From Octopus sinensis (taxonomy: Eukaryota): 64,000 nt of DNA. The DNA lies in contig NC_043018.1 of assembly GCF_006345805.1 (NCBI RefSeq), forward strand, positions 930,001 through 994,000. The letters are read 5' to 3'. The position numbers and the translations under genes are program-made. Under the pieces are notes generated by a model. It had not been told where the DNA came from, ran no database searches, and saw nothing but the letters and a program-made list of their open reading frames with translations. Below, piece after piece: positions 41,124 to 54,259 of the stretch. Position 1 is the stretch's first letter; the number at the start of each line of letters is the position of its first letter.

Positions 41124-41335
41124 TCGGCGAGCTGGCAGAAACGTTAGCACACCGGGAGAAATGATTAGCGGTATTTCGTCTGCTGCTACGTTCTGAGTTC
41201 AAATTCCGCCGAGGTCGACTTTGCCCTTCTTCCTTTCGGGATCGATTAAATAAGTACCAGTTACGCATTGAGGTCGATATAATCGACTGGCTTCCTCCCC
41301 CAAAATTTCGGGCCTTGTGCCTGTTGTAGAAAAGA
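41124..41335 (+). mobile_element. SINE family S2, short-tail form
   Basis: GGCGAGCTGGCAGAAACGTTAGC...CCCCCAAAATTTCGGGCCTTGTGCC. Confidence 0.9.
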
Positions 41336-44300
41336 ATCTGTCTGTTCGTCTATCTCCCAAACTATCAATATATTATGTCGTGGGGACAAGTAATATGATG
41401 TCGATGTGACGAGGAATATTATGTCGTAAACGTTCATATTTTAAAACTTTGAATTAATCATCACTCCACTTCGTTCTCCAAGAATGCTTAATTGTGATAG
41501 ACAACATGCAGAGAAGATTCGCGAAATGATACCCCCGACAGCTATGTAAAGACTCATTACAGTGATCTTCCGCAAAAATGCGAACAAATATTTCTTCTCA
41601 ACTTAAAATTATTTTCATAAACATTATTTAAGCATTGTGGAGCTTATTTGAAAAACATATTTGAGTGAAGTTTCCCAGTGTGTGGTGTCATTAACTAGAG
41701 GTATATCCACCTGAAGCAAAGGAACTGAATAATATAGACATGTATATATAAAGTTAGATAGAATTTTAAAATGTATGTAACAGACAGAGAAACAGGTAGA
41801 AGATAGACAGATAAATAGATAAATTTACTGATAGATAGAGAGACAGACAGACTGATACATAGATAGAAATATGGGTGAAAGTTGTATGTGTGCATTTGTG
41901 TGCGCGTGTGTTTGTATGTGTGTTTGTGTTTATCTGTGTGTGTGTATGTGTGTATTTCTAACCGACATTTGACGTAACAGATTGTTGACAGGTGCTTATA
42001 ATTTAAACTGGAAAGATATAGTGAGCTTAATTCCAAGAGGAAGTTGGAGAACGAATATTGTATGTATCAGTTATGTATTGCTGTTGGATATATGTGTGTG
42101 TGTGCATGTTTGTGTGTGTGTATGTATATATATGTATACAACACACAGGTGTGTATGATTGTGTATACAAGAGTATATTTATTATTTTTCACGTTTTATT
42201 TACAATCTTATAAATATAATATATATAATATAAAATAATAAATATGATATAATATGATATAATATAACGAAATGAGAGAATATAAAATGTCCATTCTGAT
42301 TGAACCAGTACTTTCATGCATTAAACTATGCAATCTTAAGGTTTATATAGTAGCCGTGAGAGCTATGCTTTACAATTTACAACTGTGGTGAGATGGCTAA
42401 ACTGTGAGCCTGAAATACATTTGTATAGATTCCAGAATGTCAATTTTTGCAAACTGTATTCTGACCAATCGCTGTGTGATTTTACTAAATTACTTAAGTT
42501 GATTGCTGTTTGGTTTAGGCGTCATGGATTGTTGAACAGGTTAGGAGACCTATATCTTGACCTTGGCCAAAGCAGAAATTATTATTTCCCTATTATCTCA
42601 TTTACTGTTATTGATGGTGGTGGTGGTGGTGGTGGTGGTGGTGGTGGTGGTAGTGATGGTAGTAGGAGCTGCTGTGGTAATGGAACTTTGAACCCCAAAA
42701 TAAGATAATTTTTAGTGACTTTTCTTTGGACTTCACTAATATTTTTCTATCATCATAATGAGCACCTTTAGTATTGTTGTTGTTGTTAGTGGCTGTGGTC
42801 GTCGCAGCAGAAATATTGTTTATTCAGCTTGGGTTGGTATTTATCAATATAGCTCTTTTCTCTGATTTTTCTTTCAATTGCACTTGTACAGTGTAGTTTA
42901 TATATCCATGCATGCACACACACACACTTATATATGTAAATAATGGATCTACAAATGCAATATCCCTGCAGATCTCACATCTACTTTCATTTCTCCACTT
43001 TACTCTCTATTTCGTATCTTATCTAAATTAACTCTTGATGAAGCATTTTCTCACACATTCTCCGAGGAAGGGATATAATAAATATCCTGGAAACATTTGT
43101 AAAACCTATTTATGAATGTTCTAAAATCTTCAGAGTCTTGTTTTTTTATCTCATTCTGGAAACAACAATTATATATGTATGCATATGTATATATAACTCC
43201 CTTCTTAGAGATATCTCAGCAGATTTTGTATAGAAATTATAGCCAGCACTAATTTATGACATTTTAGATCTGAAAATGTCTAATGCAGACAATATAATCG
43301 AAGAAGGGAAGATAGGTAATTGATGTATATATATATTTCCGGAATTTTTGATCCCTCATCAGCGCCTACTGACCCATTAAGCAGCCAAGATCTCATTGCT
43401 GAAATAGCCACTAAATATTGCGGTGTAACGCGTGTTGTATGTCTGTATTTGCATGTGTTCATATGCGGAAGAGATAAGTATATTTCATTTGAAACTATCT
43501 ACAACCTACCTTGTGGGAGTGAATATAATCTTATATTGTTGTTGTTGTTGTTGTTGATTAGGTCGCTATCTTAATGGATAAAGATAAAAATAAACTTCCA
43601 ACTTCTTAGGGATGCTAAGAAATGCAGCGGTCCATCTTAAAGTATTTTATTAAAAATACTAATCACAGCTTTTGTTGTGAAGATCTAAGACACTACAGTG
43701 GGTTTGCGCTAAGATAAATCACTCCCTGTGGAATTCAACAGAAAATCAAACAGTTTTCCTGGCAAGAATATATTCTTTTCTATTCTTAATTAATTACAAA
43801 ACACTAAGTTCTAAGAAATAATTTATTATTCTCTATATTCTTTGGTGCTCTCTGCTCTAGTCTCTTTCTCTCTCTCTCTTTCTGTCTCTGTGTTTATTTG
43901 TTTGTCTGTCCCTCTCTCTTTTTTTTTCTCTCTCTCTCTCTGTAAACACATACAGACATGGATGTGTGTTTGTGTGTTTTATTGACATTCGCTGCTGAGA
44001 CACTGCGTAGAAGAGACATACGGATGATAAAGGCAAGTAACAGACAGAAATAAGTCTCTTGTAACTAGATTTCCTTTTTTGTTTTCTTTTTGCTATGCTG
44101 AAATGTTGATATTTCGGTCAATAAATAAATCATGTGATAAACCTCTCAATAAATCAAGTAATTATATACAAGATGACATTATTTAATTTTGCCGCAACTC
44201 TATACATCTTTCAGATTGATTCTTTTTTTTTTCCTTTAGACTATTCACAGACGGAGCGACAAGTTCTGTGAACATTTTCAGTAACTCGAAATTCTGGTTG

Positions 44301-44456
44301 AGATTGTAGGAAGAAAAGTTGTTGAGAGACCAACGAATAGCTTGGAGAGTTCCAAGCATTGTTGACGTAAAAAAAACAAATGAGACTGTACAAAAGAACG
44401 ACATGTCATGTGTGGAGCGGAAGTGGTTATAACAGCTGATATATTAAGTCTACTAC

Positions 44457-44790
44457 GGAAGGCGCATGGCTCAGTGGTTAGAGCATCGAGCTTACGATCG
44501 TGAGGTTGTGAGCTCGAATCCCGGACAGGGCTGCGTGTTGTGTTCTTGAGCAAGGCACTTTATTTCACGTTGCTCCAGTTCACTCAGCTGTAGAAATGAG
44601 TTGCGACGTCACTGGTGCCAAGCTGCATCGACCTTTGACTTTCCCTTGGATAACACTGGTGGCGTGGAGAGGGGAGGCTGGTATGCATGGGCGACTGCTG
44701 GTCTTCCATAAACAACCTTGCCCGGACTTGTGTCTAGGAGGGTAACTTTCTAGGTGCAATCCCATGGTCACTCATGACCGAAGGGGGTCT
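44457..44790 (+). mobile_element. tRNA(Arg-ACG)-like SINE family S4
   Basis: GGAAGGCGCATGGCTCAGTGGTTAGAGCATCGAGCTTACGATCGTGAGGTTGTGAGCTCGAATCCC head, then a TTGAGCAAGGCACTT...CACTCAGCTGTAGAAATG central-domain-like motif. Confidence 0.8.
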
Positions 44791-45041
44791 TTACTTTACT
44801 ACGCAATAACAGATTCATCAATCATTTTGTTGTGCTTCCGCACAGTTTACATTCAAAAGAAACAAATGTCCCTGCAAGTCTTTCTTCTACGCATTTCGTA
44901 ACTGAATCTGCGATTACAAAGATACGTGGTGTACATAAGTACAACATTTCGGATTTGGTAATGAACAAGTACAAATTTGGTCACCTGTGTGTTCATTTCT
45001 CTTTTTCTTTTTCTCGCTCTGGCTTTCATGTCTCCCCCCCC

Positions 45042-45433
45042 CTTTTCTTCTTCTTCTTCTTCTTCTTCTTTCTTCTTCTTCTTCTTCTTCTTCTTCTTTT
45101 TCTTCACCGTCTTCTTCTTCTTTTTCTTCACTTCTTTTCTTCTTCTTCTTCTTCTTCTTCTTCTTCTTCTTCTTCTTCTTCTTTCTTCTTCTTCGTCTTC
45201 TTTCTTCTTCGTCTTCTTCTTTTATTTCTTCTTCCTATTCTTCTTCTTCTTTCTTCTTCTTTCTTCTTCTTCTTCTTCTTCTTTCTTCTTCTTCTTCTTT
45301 CTTCCTCTTCTTCTTCTTTTGTTTTTCTTCTTCTTCTTCTTCTTCTTCTTTCTTCTTCTTCTTCTTCTTCTTCTTCTTCTTCTTCTCAATTTTATCTCTT
45401 TCAAACTCTCTCTCTCGCTCTCTCTCTCTCTCG

Positions 45434-45472
<39 letters not shown>

Positions 45473-45475
45473 ACG
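45042..45475. repeat. (CTT)n then (CT)n and (CA)n microsatellites
   Basis: Read directly from sequence. Confidence 0.98.
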
Positions 45476-45644
45476 TTCCCTCTGTGTAGATTATACATAC
45501 AGCTCAAAGGCTCTATCTTGTTGAGTGTCAGGTTGATACCAGCTAAGAATAAAGTTAACGTCACTCAAATCTGTAGAAAGTTCCACCATTTCCACATTAA
45601 TTTCAAAAACAATAAATCAGCGTGCCACAAACTTGAATAATTAT

Positions 45645-46482
45645 CCTTCCTACTCTAGGCAAAAAACCTGAAATTTGGGAGAGGGGGATAATCGATTACA
45701 TCGATCCCAGTATTTTACTGGTACTTAATTTATCCACGCTGAAAGGATGAAAGGCAAAGTGGACCTCGGAGGAATTTGAGCTCACAACGTTGCGACAAGC
45801 AAAATACATATTTCTTTATTACCCACAAGGGGCTAAACACAGAGGGGACAAACAAGGACAGACATAGGTATTAAGTCGATTGCATGGACCCTAGTGCGTA
45901 ACTGGTACTTTAATTTATCGACCCCGTAAGGATGAAAGGCAAAGTCGACCTCGGCGGAATTTGAACTCAGAACGTAACGGCAGACGAAATACCGCTAAGC
46001 ATTTTGTCAAGCGTGCTATCAACTCTGCCAGCTCACCGTCTTCAACAAAGTTGTATAGTTATCACCAACCCTTATGGTTGGTCTACAATCAGTACATTTC
46101 TTAAGACTTAATCTTTGATCGCCAACAAGTGATATATCAATTCAAGTAGAAATGTACCAAAAGTTTAACAGAATAACACGTGGTACCTTCGTTAAAAATG
46201 AATGGTTCCTTTTTTAAGTCGCTAAAGGGCAATGCCAGCACATATATATTTACTTGTTTATTGCCCACAGTGGGATAAACATAGAGGGAACAAACAGGCC
46301 CAGACAAAGTGATTTAAGTCGATAGCATCGACCCCAGTGCGTAAACTGGTACTTCTTCAATCGACCCCGAAAGGATGAAAGGCGAAGTCGACTTCGACGG
46401 AATTTCAACTCGGCACGTAACGGCAGATGAAATTCCGCGAAGCTTTTCGCCCGGCGTACTAACGATTCTGCCAGCTCGCCGC
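45645..46482 (-). mobile_element. Two S2 SINEs (45645-46032 two-unit; 46258-46482 single unit)
   Basis: S2 body motifs. Confidence 0.88.
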
Positions 46483-46732
46483 CCTACATATATAGGGAAA
46501 GGCAGTGCGTGCACGGATCATTACCACACCGAGGGAACTTTTTGTTCAGTTTGCTCCGGATTTTTACGATGTGATTTCGAAAGCAATTTAAGTAATCGTT
46601 ACCTTTCACTTATCCAGGGTCCGGAAATTTATTACAAGCTAATTACTGGTATCGATAGTATCCAGCGAATATTCACTTCAAGATAACATTTGCTGTGCTG
46701 CTTAAATCACAATACATGATATACATATGCAG

Positions 46733-46774
<42 letters not shown>

Positions 46775-46775
46775 T

Positions 46776-46963
46776 CGCCGCCATGATAGATCGTTAGCCA
46801 CTACACACATTTTTTCTCTCCTTGTTTCTTTCTGTGTCACTTCTGTAGAAAGCGTAGGCTCGAAACGTAAAAGGCTTTTTCTATTCCTGGGCGTTATATT
46901 AATACATCTGTTTGTTTGTACACCACCTATCTTCCTCTTTTTTTCTTTTCGTAAACTCTCCCT
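46776..46963 (+). mobile_element. HHR-like repeat family B; motif at 46841-46873
   Basis: TT-CTGTAGA-A-AGC-GTAG-GCT-C-GAAA-CGTA-AAAG; ends at (TA)n. Confidence 0.7.
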
Positions 46964-46967
46964 ATAT

Positions 46968-47030
<63 letters not shown>

Positions 47031-47917
47031 GATATCAGAGAAGAGAAGGAAGAATGAACAACGGGGTAGCTGAAGTAAAATAAGAGTATAAATGACGAAA
47101 AGAAAACTTATGCAAAGAAGAAGTGAAGTTAAAGATGGAGGAAAGTTAGAAAAAGGAGAAAGAGACGAGAAAACGAGGAACAGAATAAGCATTTTACAGA
47201 TGAGAAGGGAAGAAATCCGTAATAGAAGAGGAACTAGATGAAACATAAGGAACAGTCTAAATATATAATCCGAAAGGATTTCTTCTTACAACTGATGTTC
47301 GCCGGAACCCGAGAGGCTTAATGTGAGAAACTGTTATATCTTTGTGAATTTATGCAGAAGTATTTTTTTTTATTTTAAAATCATATTAATCGTTTACCAC
47401 ACTTTCAAAATAGTACAGAGTATTTTGGAAAATACATATTAAAAATGGATTTCAATATATTTACATAAAATGGCGTCGAACTGGCAGAATCCTTATCGCA
47501 CCGGTTAAATTGTTAGCGACATTTCGTCCGCCTTTACATTCTCAGTACAATTTCCTCAGAGGTCGACTTTACCTTTAATATTTTTGGAGTTGATAAAATA
47601 TTCACGAGCTGAGAATTGGATCGGAGTAATCGACTTACCACTCCCCGAAAATGCTACATTTTTTCCCAATACATTTACATAAAATTCTTCAGCACAAGCG
47701 CATATGTCTATACATCTATACATAAATACAAACATATATACAAGACATGTGAATGTATATTTTTCAATTGTTCAGTCACATTCTAACTCCTACCGACCGT
47801 AGATATATATATATATATCCGTCTGTCTATCTATATCTACACACGCACATATATATATACATAAACATATTTGTTTAAAAGTGTGTATTTGTGTGTGTGT
47901 GTTATATATATAGAATA

Positions 47918-48013
<96 letters not shown>

Positions 48014-48332
48014 TTATCTTTCCATCTGTGTCACTATCTGAAAATTTGTGACTGCAGACCGATGAAGCTAGATTGGGAAAAAATTATCACAATTTCGATC
48101 TTTTGTGGATAGTATTGTCCGAATTGTGGCATGAACAGTAAATACTGCTGGATATAAATGAGTGAATATGAATAACAGAATAAGACTAGTACAAAAATCA
48201 GACTGTAGTGACCTCATCGAACGGTAAATATGAAGGGTGGTGAAGAGTGGAAGAATATACATACAACAGTAGCGCGTAGGTCTATAACGAAAAATTTATC
48301 ATATGAAAAATGATAGAGTATCTTTATATATA

Positions 48333-48870
48333 ACGAGCATAACGCCCCCGTCCAATGGACGGTGCTGAGTTGTCAAATATTTAAACCAAATTTTCTGAAA
48401 ACAACTTGTCCGAAACCTCCCATAGGCCTCCCCGTCGAGAAACAATGATTTGAACTAAATTTGAGATACAAGCAAAAGAGAAAAAAGATAGACTTTTTTT
48501 CTATTCAAAGAAAAAAGATTTTATCACACAATATCAACCGATGTTTTTAAAGTACCATTAATAATAAGGCTGTGTTGACTAGAGAACACAAACAGGTTTA
48601 AACAGTAAGCTTGGCAAGAAATAAACTTGCCTTTAAGCAGTAAAAACAACAAAAAATGGAAGGTGTAGTTATGTACAGGTTGACGGAAAAAAAGCAGGAC
48701 AAAAACGGCTTTATCGATCGCATTCCCACCTGGAATCGACTTTTGTAAATTTCTCAAGACTTATACAACCCCTTGTATCGACATATCAAATTTGAGCGCA
48801 ATCGGATGGGGGATGCCCGAGATACTAGGCGTCACACACACACAGATAGAACGAATTTTATATAATAGAC
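48333..48870 (-). mobile_element. Helitron/Helentron-like non-autonomous element
   Basis: Element-sense 5' TCTATTATATAAAATTCG, internal (TG)n, CCGATTGCGCTCAAATTTG, subterminal hairpin CCGTCCATTGGACGG (48348-48362), 3' end GCTCGT. A second copy lies at 62206-62579. Confidence 0.7.
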
Positions 48871-49040
48871 AAGTCGTACGGTTATTGGACAGACTTAGCA
48901 AAAGTTATGTGTGAAATTAATGCAAATAAAAAAGAACATTGTGCTCCTTTTTTGTTCTTGGAAAAATGTCTGACAAAAATAAAAATAAAACAAATATGAA
49001 TGTAAGTTATGGTTGCGGCTGAGAAAAACAAAATGTAATG

Positions 49041-49321
49041 TTAAACCAAATTTCTGAAAACAACTTGTCCGAACCTCCCATAGGCCTCCCCGTCGAGGAA
49101 CAATGATTTAACCTAAATTTGAGATACAAGCAAAAGAAGAAATAAAGATAGACTTTTTTTCCTATTCCAAGGAAAAAAGATTTTATTCACACAAATATGC
49201 GACCGATGTGTTTAAAGTACCAGTAATAATAAGGCTGTTGACTGGGAGAACACAAACATGGTTTAAATAGTAAGCTTGGCAAGAAATAAACGTGCCTTTA
49301 AGCAGTACAAAAACAACAAAA
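49041..49321. repeat. Local direct duplication of about 48381-48655
   Basis: Both copies start TTAAACCAAATT(T)TCTGAAAACAACTTGTCCGAA and end AAAACAACAAAAA; they differ largely by 1-bp indels. Confidence 0.9.
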
Positions 49322-49394
49322 AGGTAGATTAATTTTTGAAACTGGATTGTCACGAGGCTCCTGTTTTAGAGAGGAAGACAAAAGTGTGCATAAT

Positions 49395-49910
49395 AATCCT
49401 TTCTACTAAAGACACAAGGCCTGAAAATTGGGGGATGGGTATAGTTGATTCACTGGTACTTAATTTATCGACCCCGAGAGGATGAAAGGCAAAGTCGACC
49501 TCGGTGGTATTTGATTTTAGAATGTAGCGACGGGCGAAATCCTATTTCTTTATCCACAAGGGGCTAAACACCGAGGGACAAACAAGAACAGACAAACGGA
49601 TTAAGTCGATTTATCGACACCAGTGCATAACTGGTACTTATTTATCGACCCCGAAAGGATGAAAGGCAAGTCGACCGGTGGCGGTATTTGATTTTAGAAT
49701 AAGGACAGGCGAAATACCTATTTCATCTACCCACAAGGGGCTAAACACAGAGGGGACAACAAGAACAGACAACGGATTAAGTCGATTATTCGACCCCAGT
49801 GCATAACTGGTACTTATTTAATCGACCCCTAAATGGAGGCAAAGTGACTTCGGCGGAATATGAACTCACAACGACGGCAGACGAAATACTGTAAGCTTAC
49901 GCCGACGTTA
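49395..49910 (-). mobile_element. SINE family S2, three units, indel-rich
   Basis: Three S2 bodies plus short tail. Confidence 0.85.
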
Positions 49911-50159
49911 CGTTCTGTTTTAATAAATAAATGTGAGCATAATAATTGTAGAGAGATTAAGACAGGGACTGAAATAGGGTAAGGGTATTTACAAAGAGAG
50001 GAAGATGTAGGAGGGGAGGAAATATAAAAAGGGGTGCGAGGTGAGAAAGTTAGAGAAAAACAGAAAGGAAGACAGGATAGAGAAGAAAAAGGAGAAAAAT
50101 ATATAGAGGGAGATACTAAATAACTATATTGTGTTTTTAGTATTTTTGCTGTTGTTTAG

Positions 50160-50210
50160 GTTGTCTGCTCTGTACTGGACCAAAGACATGAAAGAAAAAG
50201 TTCGGAACAG
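50160..50210 (+). other. Candidate 51-nt symmetric exon
   Basis: Acceptor TTTTTGCTGTTGTTTAG, donor AG/GTGATT; open in two frames (LSALYWTKDMKEKVRN or VVCSVLDQRHERKSSEQ); no homology recognised. Confidence 0.25.
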
Positions 50211-51279
50211 GTGATTATATTTTTCGAGATAAACACCTTCTCGTAATTATAACATCATGGTTGTATCAGAAGAAGGAATGCAGTGAAGGAAATGGAGAGA
50301 TGGGAATCAGTTATACTCATAATATAGTATTGGGAAGATCAGTTGCAATAGCCTGGGCAATGCTAAAATACCTCAATCGTTAAGATACTGCCGCTACTTG
50401 GTATAAGTTTACGGAAGAAAGTTTCGTTGATTCTACCAGGTCTAGACACGACGTTGAAGCCATTGCTTTGGATAAATGAGAATTTTTCATAAGAATGGTA
50501 AACGTTTAAATTTTGTTTATTGAATTATCTTCTTTATCTTCAAGATATATAATATAGACTTAATTAAAGCCGTGTGATGTGACACCAATATCTTCATTAT
50601 AAAAGCCATCACGTACACGATTCAAGATATAATATATATGAAAGCCATTAGGAATATAATACATGAAATGTGTGTATTTATGTAAGAACTGACAATGTGT
50701 TAGCGAGTCTTATACTTGGTGCTAGAGAGAGAGAGAGAGAGATCTAGGAAGGAAATACGGTGCATAGACAAATAAAGTGCATATTTTATTATTGTATTCT
50801 TTTTCAATTTTCAGCTATTATGTCTTAGACGCTGGTAAATTTTCCATTTAAAATCAAAATCTTTTAGCGCTCTTGTTACCGTATCTACTTTGAAAAAAAT
50901 TCGTAGGCGTGTCATTAAGAATGTTTCAATGGCTAATACATATATACAATATGTGTGTGTGTGTGTGTGTGTGTATATCCGTTTTTGTCATGAAATATAC
51001 ATCTGCAAACGCACTCACACACACACAAACACACATATGTACTTCCGTTAATACCAGTTCCTTATCACCTACCATTTAACAACACTATTAATTCTTTCAA
51101 TCAACATCTTTTCATTAATTTTTGTATGAGATCTTGTGATTACATTCTCTATCCCATCTTCTCGCTCATCTGACTTCTGTGTATTACCAAGTTATATGCT
51201 AAAACATTACAAATATATGCACTTTTCATAATCACTTGCTCGCTGCTTTCTCCATCCTTTGTTCTAAAACCCTCTGCAA

Positions 51280-51430
51280 CCATTCTGCCGATCAACATAA
51301 GAACCATTATCTTGTCATCCATATTAGAAACGGATTCAAGATGCTCCCGCTAGATACTTCTCACATGAAATTAAATAACTTCACAATAAGATATGTGTCA
51401 CCTGACAACAATATCAGCTACACAACCTTA
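51280..51430 (+). mobile_element. Possible PLE GIY-YIG C-terminal remnant
   Basis: NHSADQHK..., then across a frameshift GF.DAPARYFSHEIK; weak resemblance only. Confidence 0.3.
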
Positions 51431-51855
51431 TATTACGACTTCCAGCTACCTAAAATGTTTCGTTATTATCAAACCTCTACACCATATTCCCTACACCCAC
51501 ACCTGCCTATTGACATAACTTCTGCATTGTGTTTTTCAAATTTATACCAAAGAAAATTACGATTGGCATGACCACCCCTCGCTCATCGAGACAGGTTGTT
51601 TCGATGCAATTAACTAATTATTTTTGTTCAGCAGCTCTAAGTAACTGCAGTAACACTTGAATTCCATTGAAATGCAAACAGCAAGATAATGGCGAATGGT
51701 GTTATAAGAGATAATTGCTGCCTTCACTGGTGGATATAGCGTGGGTGAGTAGAACGTGGAAGGAACGAGTAAACCTCGAGAAAATGTTCTCACTACGTAT
51801 CTGTCAAATACAAACACAAACATTTATATTATATATATATATAATATATATATAT

Positions 51856-51896
<41 letters not shown>

Positions 51897-52232
51897 AAAG
51901 TAAGATAGGGGTTATGAGTGTAACCCACTATGGGATATCAGTTATCCAATATACTGCTGGTGATGTACCCAAATGCTAAATACATAAATGCTCGTAATTG
52001 CAATGCAATTAATTCATTTATTGTATTGGATAGGTGAAGGTAAACAATTTTACCGTAAATTCATAATACAAATAAGAAAATGGAGGATCAAATTCATTTC
52101 GATCATCAACTTACAGATATTATAATTTCATATTATTTATTAATTATATAAATAGGAACATGAAAATCGAACAAAACAATATATATCAATAAGTAAATTA
52201 ATAATACAATAAAAATAAGGCAAATAAACTGT

Positions 52233-52364
52233 CCCTTACAGCTGTTTCAGCCTATGGTCAAGAGGTAATCCACTTTAAATTGCTCATAGATGCCATTATA
52301 GTATAATCTTAGGCATTAAAGATTATATTTTTCTGTTTAACTAACCAATGGCCTCGTCAGAAGA
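52233..52364 (-). ncRNA. Type I hammerhead ribozyme with intact core and long stem II insertion
   Basis: UCUU-CUGACGA-GGCCAUUGGUUAG-[~80 nt]-UUGACCAUAGGCU-GAAA-CAGCUG-UA/AGGG. Stem III ACAGCUGU is palindromic; cleavage triplet GUA. Confidence 0.75.
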
Positions 52365-52688
52365 TATACATAATTATAAAGTTATAATAATATAATAACA
52401 ATAATATTGATATATAATAAATACATGCTTCCCATACTGACCTATAAGAACAAGAATATAAAATGGTAAAACAGATACTCAAAATACCTATATATATATA
52501 TTATATATATATATAATATATATATATATACATAAACACATATATACATATATAATATACAAATATACATACATATACGCACACATGCAAAACGTACATA
52601 TTAATCACATGTGGCAAAAAACACGAAGAACAGCATTGAACAGTATATCACATTATTTTGCATGTGTGTGTATATGTATGTATATATG

Positions 52689-52748
<60 letters not shown>

Positions 52749-52789
52749 TATTTTGAGTATCTGTTTTGCCATTTATCTTCTTGTTCGTA

Positions 52790-53845
52790 TAGAATAGTAT
52801 GGGAAGCATGATAAGGTTCTTCTAAGAATGTTGGTAGTACTTGTCAGAAAAATGGTTTGGATTTCTCTGAGATATGGTTCTCCTGGGATATTATCAAGAT
52901 GTTCTCGCTTTAAAATTCCACATCTTTTATGTTTCAAAAGAAAGGTTATTATATTTACTTAAGTTGTCAAATTGTTCTACAGATATAAGTGCAGGAGTGG
53001 CTGTGCTGTAAGAAGCTTGCTTCCCAACCACATGGTTCCAGGCAAGTGTCTTCTACTAAAGCCTCGGGTCGAACAATACCTTATAAGCGGATTTGGAAGA
53101 TGGAAACTGAAAGAAGCCCGCCACGCACACACACATATACACACACGCACGTACACACGCACACTCAAACACACATACATATATATTCTTTTTTTTACAT
53201 GTATGAATATATGTATTTGAGTGTCTGTGTTTGTCCCCCACCATCATTTGACAACCGATGTCGGTGTATTTACGTTCCCGTAACTTACTGGTCCGGCAAA
53301 AGAGCCCGATACGATAAGTACTAGGCTTACAAAGAATATGTCCTGGGGTAGATTTGTTCGACTATAGGCGGTACTCTAGCATGGCCGCAGTCAATATCAC
53401 TGCAACAAGGAATAATAGAATAAAAGAATACATTTTTATCAGTGGGAACGCTTACATGTATTAGTCTACAAGTATTTTCTTCCCAGCCTTTACTAACTAT
53501 GTCTGGTCGATTAGCCTGTATCGTTCTGTCGGTGTTGACTAGAAAATCCCAGAGGAGAGTGATATTTTTACCTTCAATGACTGGCTCAGGACGATGTCCA
53601 TACCAGTAAGCAGGAGTCCTGATTTGGTAGTGTTTTTATATATTTTGTAAGAGAAATACCGTCCTACATTATTGTGGTGATCTTTTCATTTTCGTTTCGT
53701 TTCGGCACAGAACATCCCGAGAGAAATTGTGAATTGTTTCATCAAAGAATCTGCATTTAGGGCCATAACAGTTTTGAAGAACGTTAACCTGGTAGTTTTT
53801 GGTAAGCAAGCTTTCATCTTGCGCTGGCAATATAAAATTTGTTAT
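52790..53845 (-). mobile_element. Older R4/Dong-clade LINE 3' fragment interrupted by an S1 SINE
   Basis: AQDESLLTKNYQVNVLQNCYGPKCRFFDETIH (CCHC region); WYGHRPEPVIEGKNITLLWDFLVNTDRTIQANRPDIVSKGWEENTCRLIHVSVPTDKNV (RLE). Beyond the SINE: GILKREHLDNIPGEPYLREIQTIFLTSTTNILRRTLS. Confidence 0.85.
52988..53415 (+). mobile_element. SINE family S1 nested in the older R4 fragment
   Basis: S1 head and tail. Confidence 0.88.
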
Positions 53846-53939
53846 TGATGATGTCGACGCCAATTTTGTTAATGATGATGATGATGACGATAATTGATCA
53901 TAACGAAAACAACTTCGTTAGTAAAATAGACGATACTAA

Positions 53940-53942
53940 TAA

Positions 53943-53987
<45 letters not shown>

Positions 53988-54180
53988 TAATCATAATAAA
54001 AATAAACTACTGAATCGTAATATAATAATGATACACTAATAATAATAATAATAATAATTATATTATTATTATTATTATCAGATATTATTATTCGTTTTTT
54101 TCTTTTCTTCTTCTCTTATTCTTTTCTCTTCTTATTATTATATTATTATTATTATTCATTATTTTTATTTTTATTTTTAT
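53940..54180. repeat. (AAT)n/(ATT)n arrays at the 3' side of the R4/Dong element
   Basis: Read directly from sequence. Confidence 0.95.
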
Positions 54181-54259
54181 AGCGTGCTTTCACTTCACTA
54201 CCGAGCGCAGCTCTGTGTGCCTTGGGTATGTGCTGTGATTTGTTGTGATGCTCTGATGG

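Noticed and set aside
44240-44281. Candidate exon after a strong polypyrimidine acceptor
   Set aside because: 41 nt, ordinary donor, no recognisable peptide and no partner exons.
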